Source: Actinomycetes bacterium (GTDB lineage Bacteria > Actinomycetota > Acidimicrobiia > Acidimicrobiales > JAMCPL01). Taken from it: a stretch of DNA of 64,000 bases. The stretch covers positions 33,933 through 97,932 of the forward strand of contig JAKBVZ010000036.1 of assembly GCA_021841005.1 (NCBI GenBank), given 5' to 3'. Made by a program: the position numbers and the translations under genes. The notes beneath the pieces were generated by a model. That model made no database searches, had not been told where the DNA came from, and was given only the letters and a program-made list of their open reading frames with translations. This document shows, one piece after another, positions 29,900-39,799 of the stretch (the first letter of the stretch is position 1; each line of letters begins with the position of its first letter).

Positions 29900-30874
29900 T
29901 TACAGTGCGAGGTTGTCACCACCAAAGATCTCAGAAACAGACGTATCCTGGAATACCGCCTCGATAGCATCTGCAATTAGCTTGGCCACAGACACTACAC
30001 GCACCTTGGATATCATTTTTTCGTCAGAGATCGGAAGGGTATTGGTCACCACCACCTTCGATATGACGGATTTCTCCAGGCGTTGCATAGCCGGATCCGA
30101 GAGCACAGGATGGGTAGCCATCGCCCATACTTCTCTGGCACCTCTGTCCACCAGCAACTCCGCAGCGGCGCAGATCGTGCCGGCAGTGTCAATCATGTCA
30201 TCGACAATCACACATCTGCGACCCTCCACCTCCCCCACCACCTGTAGCGCCTCGACTTCGTTGACGGAACCCCTTGGCCGTCGCTTGTGCACGACCGCCA
30301 GATCAGCACCAAGATGCTGCCCGTAGCGTTCCGCGACTTTCACCCTCCCCGCATCCGGCGCAACGACAACAAGCCCGTCACCGTCCAGCCGGCGCAACTC
30401 CGCCTCTAGAACAGGCAGGGCGGTCAGGTGATCAAACGGGATATCGAAGAACCCCTGGATCTGGCCAGAGTGAAGATCTACGCTGACAACACGATCTGCG
30501 CCTGCACGCTGCAACATATCAGCAACCAGTTTGGCAGTGATTGGTTCGCGTCCGGCCGACTTACGATCCTGCCTGGAGTATCCGTAATAAGGGCAGATGG
30601 CAGTGATGTGCTTGGCAGATGCCCGCTTGGCTGCATCTATCATGATCAGCTGCTCCATCAGCGAGTCGTTCACGTTCCTGCTGTGCGTCTGGATGATGAA
30701 CACATCCGTACCGCGCATGGAAGAGGCGTACCGGCAATGCATTTCACCATTGGCAAACTCCCTGAGATGCGCCTCGAGGAGTTCCACACCCATATTTCGC
30801 GCCACCTCTGCAGCCAGTACAGGGTGGGAACGACCGCTCACCAATGCAAGCCGACGACGAGATACTAATTCCAC
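29900..30874 (-). CDS. prs: Ribose-phosphate pyrophosphokinase
   Basis: FANGE, PYYGYSRQDRK, DLHSGQIQGFF, VAPDAG, VDDMIDTAGT. Confidence 0.97.
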   Translation of the reverse strand: MELVSRRRLALVSGRSHPVLAAEVARNMGVELLEAHLREFANGEMHCRYASSMRGTDVFIIQTHSRNVNDSLMEQLIMIDAAKRASAKHITAICPYYGYSRQDRKSAGREPITAKLVADMLQRAGADRVVSVDLHSGQIQGFFDIPFDHLTALPVLEAELRRLDGDGLVVVAPDAGRVKVAERYGQHLGADLAVVHKRRPRGSVNEVEALQVVGEVEGRRCVIVDDMIDTAGTICAAAELLVDRGAREVWAMATHPVLSDPAMQRLEKSVISKVVVTNTLPISDEKMISKVRVVSVAKLIADAIEAVFQDTSVSEIFGGDNLAL

Positions 30875-30931
30875 ACCGAAGAGGTTAGCAGATAACGTGC
30901 CAGCGCAACATGTGATCTGAACTACTAACTA

Positions 30932-32086
30932 TCAGTAAGGTTTCGGCAAGCCCAGTGAGTGCTGTGCCACAAAATTGAGGATCATCTCACGGCTGACCGG
31001 AGCGATTCTGAGTAGGCGCGCCATACCCCAGAAATCGGCAAGGCCGTACTCCGAAGACATGCCGTTACCGCCATGCGTCTGTATGGCCTGATCAAGACAG
31101 GTCAATGCTGCCTCAGCACCGGCGTATTTCGACATATTTGCAGCCTCCCCGGCATCGATACCGTTGTCGTAGGACCAAGCCGCCTTCTGATACATGAGTT
31201 TGGCCATTTCGAGATCGACTTTTGCCTTGGCTAGAGGGTGCGCCAAGCCCTGATGCCTTCCAATGGGCGTACCCCATACCGATCTGTCCCTCGCATAAGA
31301 CGTAGCCTTTGAGAGAGCGTAACGACCTATACCTACTGCTATGGCCGCAGACATGATCCGCTCAGGATTGAGCCCCATGAAGACTTGACGCAACCCCTCA
31401 CCCTCCTCACCTAGAAGCCTCTCCTTCCCGACTTCAACGTTGTCGAAGAAAAGCGTGAACTGTTTCTCGGGAGCGGTCATCTCCACAGGTATGAGAGTCT
31501 TGCTGAGCCCAGGCGAATCCAGGTCCACGACAAACAATGACAACTTGCTGTAGCCTGTGGCTTCGTCTTTCGACGTTCTGGTCACAACCAGCACTGCTTC
31601 AGCCTCATCGCACCCTGATATATAGTACTTCGTACCATTGAGTCGGTAGATATCACCATCCCTGGTTGCGGTGGTAGAAATATTATGTGAGTTGGAACCG
31701 GCATCCGGCTCGGTAATGGCGAATGCCATTTTCAGCGATCCATCTGCAAAGCGGGGAAGCCACTGCTGCTGCTGACTTTCAGTCCCAAACCGATCTATTA
31801 GCGTTGCGCATATCGCGGGTGACACCACCAGGAAAAGTATTGGACAACCCGCAGCCGCCAGCTCTTCGCATACAGTAGACAGCTCTGTCATGCCCATACC
31901 TCCACCTCCCCATCGTTGCGGGACACTCACCCCGAGGTAGCCTGACCCGGCAAGCTCGTCCCAGAGCTCCTGCTGCTTCTTACCCGAACGTGACTGCCCT
32001 ACATAGTACTCATGCCCGTACTTGGTGGCGACCTGCGCGACCGCCTCCCGTAGCATCCGCTGCTCGTCACTCTCCTGAAAATCCAT
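30932..32086 (-). CDS. Acyl-CoA dehydrogenase
   Basis: AITEPDAGSN, NGTKYYISG, LNPER, IQTHGGNG, APVSREM. Start set at MDFQES. Confidence 0.93.
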   Translation of the reverse strand: MDFQESDEQRMLREAVAQVATKYGHEYYVGQSRSGKKQQELWDELAGSGYLGVSVPQRWGGGGMGMTELSTVCEELAAAGCPILFLVVSPAICATLIDRFGTESQQQQWLPRFADGSLKMAFAITEPDAGSNSHNISTTATRDGDIYRLNGTKYYISGCDEAEAVLVVTRTSKDEATGYSKLSLFVVDLDSPGLSKTLIPVEMTAPEKQFTLFFDNVEVGKERLLGEEGEGLRQVFMGLNPERIMSAAIAVGIGRYALSKATSYARDRSVWGTPIGRHQGLAHPLAKAKVDLEMAKLMYQKAAWSYDNGIDAGEAANMSKYAGAEAALTCLDQAIQTHGGNGMSSEYGLADFWGMARLLRIAPVSREMILNFVAQHSLGLPKPY

Positions 32087-32379
32087 CTTCCATCCTTTCC
32101 GATTCGTGGGTCTTCGTATCTTGTGTTCCCCTACGCACGGTGCCCGCAATAGCCTGCCATGCCGCTGTCAGCCCGCTGGTAGCCCGCATCCATGCATACT
32201 AACACCGTCCCGACCAAATGCCCGTAAGCCACATCGTCGTGGCCGTTCGAGAAGCGCTCGGTGACCATCCGGGCGGGCCACCTAGGCACTGATAGCCATA
32301 ATCTCATGATGTTACCTAGAGCACCTCGATGTCGGCTACTGTAATTGTGTTGTATTATCGGTGGATTGAACGGTTGATC

Positions 32380-32452
32380 GGGCCGCTAGCTCATCTGGTA
32401 GAGCAGGGGACTTTTAATCCCAAGGTGCCGGGTTCGAGCCCCGGGCGGCCCA
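32380..32452 (+). tRNA. tRNA-Lys(TTT)
   Basis: Acceptor stem GGGCCGC/GCGGCCC, anticodon arm GGGA-CTTTTAA-TCCC, T arm CCGGG-TTCGAGC-CCCGG. Confidence 0.95.
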
Positions 32453-32456
32453 CTGA

Positions 32457-34430
32457 TCAATACAGCCCCACGAAATATGCAGCGGCATTCCCGTCGCCAT
32501 TGCCCGTTGCCGTGACTTCCAGCCTGTCTCCAGCAACTGGCGGTAGAGGATCTATATGAAACGGCCAAGGCCCGCTGTACTGGCCCTTGCGAAGGGCCTT
32601 GGGTTGCAATTCAGACAGGTGAAATGGAAGCTCGAGAAGCGTAGCGTGCCGATGGGGCGTGAAGGTACGTCTTGCCAACAACACGTTCCTTGTAACGTCC
32701 CTCACCGTTATAGTCAGTGGCATGGTGGATCTTGCCATTACAACTGCTACATACCTTCCCGGTGTCTCCCTCCAGCAAGCGTGGTTGACAAGGTAACCGG
32801 CCCTGTGGTCAAGCTGCACCCTCCAAGTAGACGATGGACCTGCCAGAACAGGTGTGCCAGACCCGCCAGGAAGCGTCCAGGCAGGGATGGCAGGGGTATT
32901 AGAGGGAAAGCTGACTTTGCTGGTTGCCCTGGACGGCTGCCAACGAAATACCCAGATGCCGCTGCCGTGCAACATGAGTTGCGCGTGTAGCCCGTCGGCC
33001 AGATACCCGATGCTTGCTCTGGCGTTGGCGGTCGATTGCAGCTCGATACCTTGCGAGGCGGCTATGACGAAGTATACCGGTGCCGTCTTCACCGGAAAAG
33101 TCCCGCCATTATACAACATGCTGTAGATCCATCGCCTCGCGCTGAATCGCCCTACGACTCCAAGTGATGATATAACCTCTGCGTTGCCTGGTATCTGCGA
33201 GCGGGCACGGTTGAGCACCTGGGCAGCGGAGGGCGATACTTGAAGAAAACTTTGAGGGGCTGTGGGCAGCCATGTTGCAGCCCATCCTATCGAGTTGGCC
33301 AACAGCAACAATGAAACCGGTAGAACACAGCGCCTTATTCCTGCCCATCGTGAGTGTGCCATTCTCAGGACTATCAGTATCGTGCCGAATGCGGTGAAGA
33401 TGTATACTGCCGGATTCTGAAAACCGGGTACTACGAATGTGGAGTATGACTGCAAGCCGCTTTCCAGCAGGACCAGCAGCCCCGCCAATGCCCATGGGCC
33501 GGCAATCCCTATGTATCCTGTGGGGCCTATGTTGGCTAGTAGGTCGACGCGATGCGACCACAACATGGACAGTGCCCGATTTAGATGCAGCAAGAGCCCA
33601 ACGAGTACCTGTAGAATGTGTACGTTTTGCAAGTGCCGGCCACCAGCTGAGACCAGGTAGGCATACCCCCCCAGCGCCGCTCCCTGCGTACCGCCAATCG
33701 CCGACATCAGGACCAGCCAGGCGGTCGCAATACAGATAATCGCCAGTCCGGTATATTTCTTGCGTTGGATGAGCGCTACAATACCTATAGCTACGATATA
33801 TGTGGCTCCGAGCCCGCTGGAGAGTGTCGCCAGCGCCATCCATACGAATACATACTTGCTGTTCTTCCACAGGGCTCTTGCAGCGAGCAGGGCGAGGAGA
33901 GTGCTGACAGCTTCCAGATGATAGTCAAAGCTGTCCGCAAGGTACAGCCAGGGATTGCACGTTACGAGCAGCAGGCCAAGAAGAGCAAGCAGCCGGTAAG
34001 GGGCGGTGATCGAGCCCTGCTCTATGCGAGAGTCGATCAATTCGAGAAGCCATACCAGCACCACTGCTCCCGACAGGACAGTAGCTACATCCTGCAAGAG
34101 CAGCATGGTGATGGCATGGGGCCACAGAAGGTAGAATACGGCCAGTGGCCACATGATGAACTGTGCGTCATTCTGCCAGTAGGAAAAATGCTGTACCGAG
34201 TTGTACGGATCCAGTACTCCGTGGGCGATCAACGACCATCCCTGCTGGTAGCTGGCGAAGTCCTGCGTAAGCGAGAAGCGGCTGTACAGGGTGAAGCTCC
34301 ACGCAATCAGTATGGCGAGTTGGACGCCCAGCAACACCATACCGACCACGGTAACGTTTCTTGCGCTCATCATGCCGGTACGGGTATCGCCTGGTGACGC
34401 CGTTTCGGTCTCTAATATAGTGGAGGCCAT
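32457..34430 (-). CDS. Multi-pass membrane protein, DUF2079-like (probable GT-C fold)
   Basis: TM1 followed by SLTQDFASYQQ, LLLLQ, DYHLE, about 11 TM segments and a soluble C-terminal domain. Confidence 0.65.
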   Translation of the reverse strand: MASTILETETASPGDTRTGMMSARNVTVVGMVLLGVQLAILIAWSFTLYSRFSLTQDFASYQQGWSLIAHGVLDPYNSVQHFSYWQNDAQFIMWPLAVFYLLWPHAITMLLLQDVATVLSGAVVLVWLLELIDSRIEQGSITAPYRLLALLGLLLVTCNPWLYLADSFDYHLEAVSTLLALLAARALWKNSKYVFVWMALATLSSGLGATYIVAIGIVALIQRKKYTGLAIICIATAWLVLMSAIGGTQGAALGGYAYLVSAGGRHLQNVHILQVLVGLLLHLNRALSMLWSHRVDLLANIGPTGYIGIAGPWALAGLLVLLESGLQSYSTFVVPGFQNPAVYIFTAFGTILIVLRMAHSRWAGIRRCVLPVSLLLLANSIGWAATWLPTAPQSFLQVSPSAAQVLNRARSQIPGNAEVISSLGVVGRFSARRWIYSMLYNGGTFPVKTAPVYFVIAASQGIELQSTANARASIGYLADGLHAQLMLHGSGIWVFRWQPSRATSKVSFPSNTPAIPAWTLPGGSGTPVLAGPSSTWRVQLDHRAGYLVNHACWRETPGRYVAVVMARSTMPLTITVRDVTRNVLLARRTFTPHRHATLLELPFHLSELQPKALRKGQYSGPWPFHIDPLPPVAGDRLEVTATGNGDGNAAAYFVGLY

Positions 34431-34540
34431 TCGCACACAACTTATCATGCAGGGTGTGAACGTGGGTAAGATGTGGGGGTGGCAGGCATTGCATTTCTAG
34501 GATCATGTGACAGCATCCAGAAAGCGCCGGGTCTTGCCGA

Positions 34541-35461
34541 TTGGTGTGGCTGTATGGAGGAGCCGAGAGAACGTCCGTGAGGTGCAATGCTAACAAAATC
34601 GAAGGTCAGCATCCGCTTCCGTCCTTGGCGTCTTCCTGGTCATTGCTGTCTGCATTCCGTTACGAGCAATCTGACCCCGATCGGTTTTATAGGCTGCTTG
34701 CAGAGGACACTGCTGCTCTTGTCCAACTCTACATACCATTCGAGGGCAAGCTGATCCTGGAAGTAGGAGCCGGTCCGGGGGATCTGGCGGAAGCCATCAG
34801 GCGCAGGGGGGGCCGCGTCCTGGCTGTCGACAGCAGCTGGAGTGAGATGCACTGCAGGGAGCGCTTGCTCGCCTGTGCAGTACAGGCAGACGGCTGCAAG
34901 TTGCCATTGGCAGGGGACACGTGTGATCTTGTATGTGCATCCAACGTGCTGGAGCATGTACCCGATCCTTTTGCCATGGCGATGGAAATGATTCGGGTGG
35001 TCAAACCAGGCGGGATCGTGTTCTTCAACTACACGACCTGGCTTTCGCCTTTTGGCGGCCATGAGACCTCTCCCTGGCACTATCTGGGTGGAGCCAGGGC
35101 AGCGAAACGGTATTCGAGGAAATACGGGCACCTCCCAAAGAACATGTATGGGGAAAGCCTCTTTCCCATGGGGGTACACAGGTTCAAGAAAAGGCTGGAT
35201 TCCGGCATGGTTGGTGCAACTATCATTGATGCATTCCCCAGGTACTTTCCTCGCTGGATGAAGCCGGTGGTGTCCGTGCCTGGCTTGTCGGAACTGCTGA
35301 CTCTCAATCTGGCGGTGGTAATCAGAAAAGAAGGCGAGTCAGTACATCAGGGCTATCGCCGCGAGCATGGCACAACCCCGTCCGTAGGTACGGAGGTGCA
35401 TGGTGGGCTCAAGAGCCTGCCTGCTGAGCGGTCTCGATCTTTGGCAACCGGCCTGGAATAG
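34541..35461 (+). CDS. Class I SAM-dependent methyltransferase (Rv0224c-like)
   Basis: AFRYEQSDPDRFY, LEVGAGPG, SNVLEHV, WLSPFGGHETSPWHYLGG, PKNMYGESLF. Start uncertain. Confidence 0.85.
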   Translation: MVWLYGGAERTSVRCNANKIEGQHPLPSLASSWSLLSAFRYEQSDPDRFYRLLAEDTAALVQLYIPFEGKLILEVGAGPGDLAEAIRRRGGRVLAVDSSWSEMHCRERLLACAVQADGCKLPLAGDTCDLVCASNVLEHVPDPFAMAMEMIRVVKPGGIVFFNYTTWLSPFGGHETSPWHYLGGARAAKRYSRKYGHLPKNMYGESLFPMGVHRFKKRLDSGMVGATIIDAFPRYFPRWMKPVVSVPGLSELLTLNLAVVIRKEGESVHQGYRREHGTTPSVGTEVHGGLKSLPAERSRSLATGLE

Positions 35462-35470
35462 ACAGGCAGC

Positions 35471-36925
35471 GTGAAGATACAGATCATGCCAAGAGCGGGT
35501 ACTGGCACCGGTGGCCCGGTGCCTGGAGCACGTGGGATCTTCGCAGCTGCACCCATTGTCATTGCGGGTGTTGCAATAGCTCTAGCCAATGTCGGAAGCA
35601 CCGTGGTGGTGGCCAGGTTGCTGATTCCAAGAGAATATGGCGCTCTCACGCAATTGTTAGGATTGTTCTTTATCCTGTCAATGCCGGGATCAGCTCTGAT
35701 GGTAGGCGTTGTGCATCGAGTGACGGCATGGCGGATTGCGGGTGACGAGCACCGGCTGAAGCCGTGGCTGGGAAGAGTGGAGATGTTCTGCTTTGGTGGT
35801 CTTGTCCTGTTCATGGTTACTGTCTGGATATTACAGGGCAGGATTGCCACCTGGCTCAGCCTTCCCAGCCGGGCCGGCATCTTCGAGACATTGGTGGCAG
35901 GTGCCTTATGGGTCATAGTGTCAGTGAATAGAGGCGTGTTGCAGGCGCGCAAAGAGTACCACTGGCTTGGCTGGAACTTGGCCATCGAGGGGTTGACGCG
36001 GACGGTGTTCATGATAGGTCTTGCGGCAGCCGGCCTGGGACTTACCGGTGCCGCGATGGGGATATTGCTGGGAGAAGCACTGGCGCTCACCCATGGGATG
36101 ACTGGCGCCTTCAGGGGAATGACTGGCGTTTTCAGAAGGTCGGTAGATTCTTCCAAGTGGGCAGCCAGTACCTTCAGGGAGCCGGCTGCACACCTGGAAC
36201 AGGCCGGATATCCCGGACATGGACATGGACATGGACATGGACGATCCACGCATGGTAGGAGAGAATTGGCGGGAGATGTACTTACCGCTTTTGCTAGTCT
36301 CGGGCTTCTTGCAATACTCCAGTACATGGATGTGGTGATGGTCGGTGCTTTTTCACCATCCCGTGCAGGGGATTACGGAGCCATATCGGTATCCGCCAAA
36401 TCGCTTGTGTTCTGGACGATCATGCTTACCAACTACCTGTTGCCGGAGGCTACCATCCGATGGCATATGGGGGGGCATGCCCTTGGCGAGCTTCGCAATA
36501 CGTTGGTGCTGGCGCTCCTTCCTGCACTTTTGATGCTTGCCATAGCTCTCACGGTTCCATCACTCTTCCTTGGGGCAGCTTTTGGGAGCAATCTCGAAGG
36601 TGCGGCTTCCGGGTTCCCTTATCTTGTTGGGGCTATGGCCTTTCTATCGGTGACAATCATCTTTACCAATTACTTTTTCGGGGTTGCCTGGCGCGGCATA
36701 CCGGCTGTATTGACCGTAGGTGCTGGGGCGCTAATCGGATCTATCGTGGCAGCGGGCGGCAGGCCACTGCAGACAGCGCGTATGGACTTGGTGGTGCAGG
36801 CCTGCCTGGCGGCGGTAGTAGTAGGGTGTTTTGTAGTATTGGACAGGCGGCAGGCGCATAACCAGGCCGGGCTCTCGAAACAGCCGTGGAGGAACGGTCA
36901 GTATGCGGAATCAGACGTAGCCTAG
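35471..36925 (+). CDS. Polysaccharide/oligosaccharide flippase (Wzx/MATE-like)
   Basis: About 12 TM helices, ARLLxPxEYG, RGVLQ, AGDYGA motifs. Confidence 0.78.
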   Translation: MKIQIMPRAGTGTGGPVPGARGIFAAAPIVIAGVAIALANVGSTVVVARLLIPREYGALTQLLGLFFILSMPGSALMVGVVHRVTAWRIAGDEHRLKPWLGRVEMFCFGGLVLFMVTVWILQGRIATWLSLPSRAGIFETLVAGALWVIVSVNRGVLQARKEYHWLGWNLAIEGLTRTVFMIGLAAAGLGLTGAAMGILLGEALALTHGMTGAFRGMTGVFRRSVDSSKWAASTFREPAAHLEQAGYPGHGHGHGHGRSTHGRRELAGDVLTAFASLGLLAILQYMDVVMVGAFSPSRAGDYGAISVSAKSLVFWTIMLTNYLLPEATIRWHMGGHALGELRNTLVLALLPALLMLAIALTVPSLFLGAAFGSNLEGAASGFPYLVGAMAFLSVTIIFTNYFFGVAWRGIPAVLTVGAGALIGSIVAAGGRPLQTARMDLVVQACLAAVVVGCFVVLDRRQAHNQAGLSKQPWRNGQYAESDVA

Positions 36926-39570
36926 TCTGACTTTGAACGGTATGATCGTATGCCGATAATAGCAAGTGCCACAATGACAATGATGGCCAGGATGGCGGCG
37001 ATAATGCCTGCCGTGAAAGCAGTTGGCCAGTAGGTAAGATCTACAGTGTCCTTTCCCGCCGGCAGGGGGATGGCCAACATGGTTCCCGCAGCTCTTTCCA
37101 CAGGTACCGTGTGGCCATTGACGCTGGCATGCCAGCCTGGGACGTCTGTGATGCGAGCGAGAAGTTCTGACCGCCTGCTGGAAGCCGCCATGACAACCAG
37201 GTGATTGTCACTTGTCCACTTCCATGATGTCACCTTGCCATAGATGGTGGAATCCTGCTCTGCGTTATGGACAACGTCATTCAGGTCAGGCTCTACAAGC
37301 GTGAAGCGATGCGCGCCAGGCACCTCATAGAGGGTGAAACCTGGTTCGGCAAGGACACAGTAGGACCCAGACGGAGCCTCCGTCTTTCCCTGGCTGCCTC
37401 GGACGGTAAGGAGGTACTTGACTCCGTAGAGTCGGGCAAGTGCGGCATTGGGAAATGAGGGCATGAAGTTGCCTCCTGTTGGCAACGGGACTGGGGTCTG
37501 TGGCGTTGCCGCGGCGTTCCAGGAGTATATGTATTCCGCTTGGAGCATCGGATCATATGCTCCAAAGAGTGAGATTCTGTAAGGCATATTCGTCTCGGGT
37601 GAGAATGCATTGGTTAGACTTGAGCTTATGGACTCGCGCTGGCTAGTATCTCCGGGCGGTGGCGGCCCATCTCCTATGAGGTGATCTCCGACAATGACTT
37701 TGAGCGTCTGCACTGTTGGATCGCTTGGGAAGAAACGATGGCTATAACTGGCTGCTCCGGCTGCAGGCGGCAAGAGCAGCATAATTTGGGAAGCCAGCGC
37801 CGCCAGTACTGCCAGAGACGGTAATAGCAAAGCTAGCCATAGGGTTCTGTTCCGATTGAACAACGTTCTGATACCTGCCCCTATCAATAGTCCTCTGAGC
37901 CGAGCCGGTAGTTGACCAGGCGAATTACGGATATGCAGATCTCCTCGCTCCGGGATCTTTTCCCGGCCATGCGGGAATTGCGTGCTATTCCACTTCACTG
38001 GCTGCTCGCTACTGGTTCGCTCCGGGATCTTTTCCCGGTCATTCGAGGGTTGGAAGATGCGAAATAGGTAAAGCCATCCCAGCAGGAATATTGATCCAAG
38101 CACCAGGGAACCAATCGACCAATCCAGTGACCCTAGGCGGATATGCTTTTCTTGCGAGGTAAGCGTACCCAGTTTCTCCACCCTTACGTACAGCCATATG
38201 ATCAAAGCAGCGATGCTCCCGCATGTAATGGCGAAGATATGACCGTCAGTACGAGCATGCCTGCCAAGCATCCCGTTCTCGCGTACATGTGCATATGCAT
38301 ATGAAGGTGACCGGATCAATCGAGTGAATCCCAGTGCGGCCAGGATGGCAACGAGAAAGTCAAGGGGCATAAGCAGCCTGTTAAAAGATATTACGGTTCC
38401 ATAGGGTAATGTGCTGACGACACGCTGCAGTGGACTTATATGGAATATAACAGCAAATAGCACTAGGGCGCTGGCTAAAGTACCGGCGATTACTGGTCGT
38501 TTGATCATCCGGATAACGGCGAATACGGCAAGTGCCAGAGCAACCGGTCCCACACAAGCGCTCAGTTCGTAGAAGTTGGATCCGTAAAACCACCTGCTGG
38601 AGGTAATCGGGTAACCATAATATCCCGTGGTGATAAAATTAACGGCTATATTTGGAGGTAGCCCGCCGTAATGGTGCATCCGTGCCAAATTTTTGGCCGT
38701 TCCATGCACCAGTTGCATCGCAGGCAGCAGCATAGGTGCGGCAAGCATGCCTCCTAGAAGGCCTCCGATGAGGATCTTCGCCGCTCTGCGTGTAAACATA
38801 AGCCCGTCCAGTTCCCTTCGTACGAGCTTGAATGACATGATCGACCCCCCAAGCAGCAGGACGGTAAAGCCGTCCAGCACGTAGGAGTCCGGATGACCTG
38901 CCCATAGTGCAAACGCCACACTCATAGCAAGACCTATCATGGGGCCGGCGGCCCGTTTACTCCGGTAGGTCAATATGGAGAAGAATACGACCCATCCGAG
39001 CCAGGCATTCACCTGAGCCTGTGGCCATGCTATCCAGTTGACAAAAGATCCTGACAGCTCGAAGGTGACCGCTCCGATCAGGGCTCCAGAGGTGCTGGCG
39101 CCGAGTATCCTGGCTGCAGCATATGCGCCGGTCCCTGCTATGAAAAGTGCCACCAGCACCGATATGCCGTATCCCAGAGATACTGGAAACAGGTAGGAGA
39201 TCAGATGAGGCAAGGAGAACACCGCTGACTGAAAATTGAACATCTGGGGCATGCCGAGGAGGGTGTAGCGATTCCACAATGGCAGGACACCGTTGTGGAT
39301 GGAATGCCAGTTGAATGCCAGCCACGGGCTTTCCTCCCTTACCTGGTCTGAGCTGACCAGATTGTGCACATGGTTGAAGAGGCCATGGGTGACCGGGAAC
39401 AAGGTCAACAGGTCCATCGATCCATATACCGTTCCGTGGTCAAGCGCAGGGTAAAAATAGGCGATACTTACCAGGGCAATGATTCCTATTGCCAACAGAT
39501 CATTCCTGCGCAATCCCTGGCTTGCTCTTTCAAGCACGGACAATCTCGATACAGGTGGGAGTGGTGCCAT
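36922..39570 (-). CDS. YfhO-family membrane glycosyltransferase (GT-C)
   Basis: PLWNRYTLLGMP, LAAPMLLP, many TMs, C-terminal PGWHASVNG...AIPLPAG...YWP and a terminal TM. Confidence 0.85.
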   Translation of the reverse strand: MAPLPPVSRLSVLERASQGLRRNDLLAIGIIALVSIAYFYPALDHGTVYGSMDLLTLFPVTHGLFNHVHNLVSSDQVREESPWLAFNWHSIHNGVLPLWNRYTLLGMPQMFNFQSAVFSLPHLISYLFPVSLGYGISVLVALFIAGTGAYAAARILGASTSGALIGAVTFELSGSFVNWIAWPQAQVNAWLGWVVFFSILTYRSKRAAGPMIGLAMSVAFALWAGHPDSYVLDGFTVLLLGGSIMSFKLVRRELDGLMFTRRAAKILIGGLLGGMLAAPMLLPAMQLVHGTAKNLARMHHYGGLPPNIAVNFITTGYYGYPITSSRWFYGSNFYELSACVGPVALALAVFAVIRMIKRPVIAGTLASALVLFAVIFHISPLQRVVSTLPYGTVISFNRLLMPLDFLVAILAALGFTRLIRSPSYAYAHVRENGMLGRHARTDGHIFAITCGSIAALIIWLYVRVEKLGTLTSQEKHIRLGSLDWSIGSLVLGSIFLLGWLYLFRIFQPSNDREKIPERTSSEQPVKWNSTQFPHGREKIPERGDLHIRNSPGQLPARLRGLLIGAGIRTLFNRNRTLWLALLLPSLAVLAALASQIMLLLPPAAGAASYSHRFFPSDPTVQTLKVIVGDHLIGDGPPPPGDTSQRESISSSLTNAFSPETNMPYRISLFGAYDPMLQAEYIYSWNAAATPQTPVPLPTGGNFMPSFPNAALARLYGVKYLLTVRGSQGKTEAPSGSYCVLAEPGFTLYEVPGAHRFTLVEPDLNDVVHNAEQDSTIYGKVTSWKWTSDNHLVVMAASSRRSELLARITDVPGWHASVNGHTVPVERAAGTMLAIPLPAGKDTVDLTYWPTAFTAGIIAAILAIIVIVALAIIGIRSYRSKSD
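37945..38052. repeat. Repeat-insert-repeat unit 6 (36 + 36 + 36, period 72), in frame inside yfhO
   Basis: 37945-37980 vs 38017-38052: first 22 bp identical (TCGCTCCGGGATCTTTTCCCGG), 5 mismatches overall. The protein shows REKIPER twice, 24 aa apart. Confidence 0.85.
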
Positions 39571-39677
39571 GCGACATTCGACATCTTCTCATGAATGTTT
39601 AACCTTGGATAGCCTTTGCGCTTGGCTCGTCGGGAAAACTATGCGACATTCGACATCTTCTCATGAATGTTTCACCT
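39569..39677. repeat. Repeat-insert-repeat unit 7 (37 + 35 + 37, period 72) at the yfhO start
   Basis: 39569-39605 and 39641-39677 ATGCGACATTCGACATCTTCTCATGAATGTTT(A/C)ACCT. Confidence 0.93.
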
Positions 39678-39799
39678 ACTACCAAGTAGCATTAGTGTTT
39701 CCGTTGTACTATGATACCGGTATGGATAATGCTGCTGGTAGCGGGTGTAACGGTGATCGATGATGGTGGTCGGCACGCCCGCCGCTCGAGGTCGTCGGC

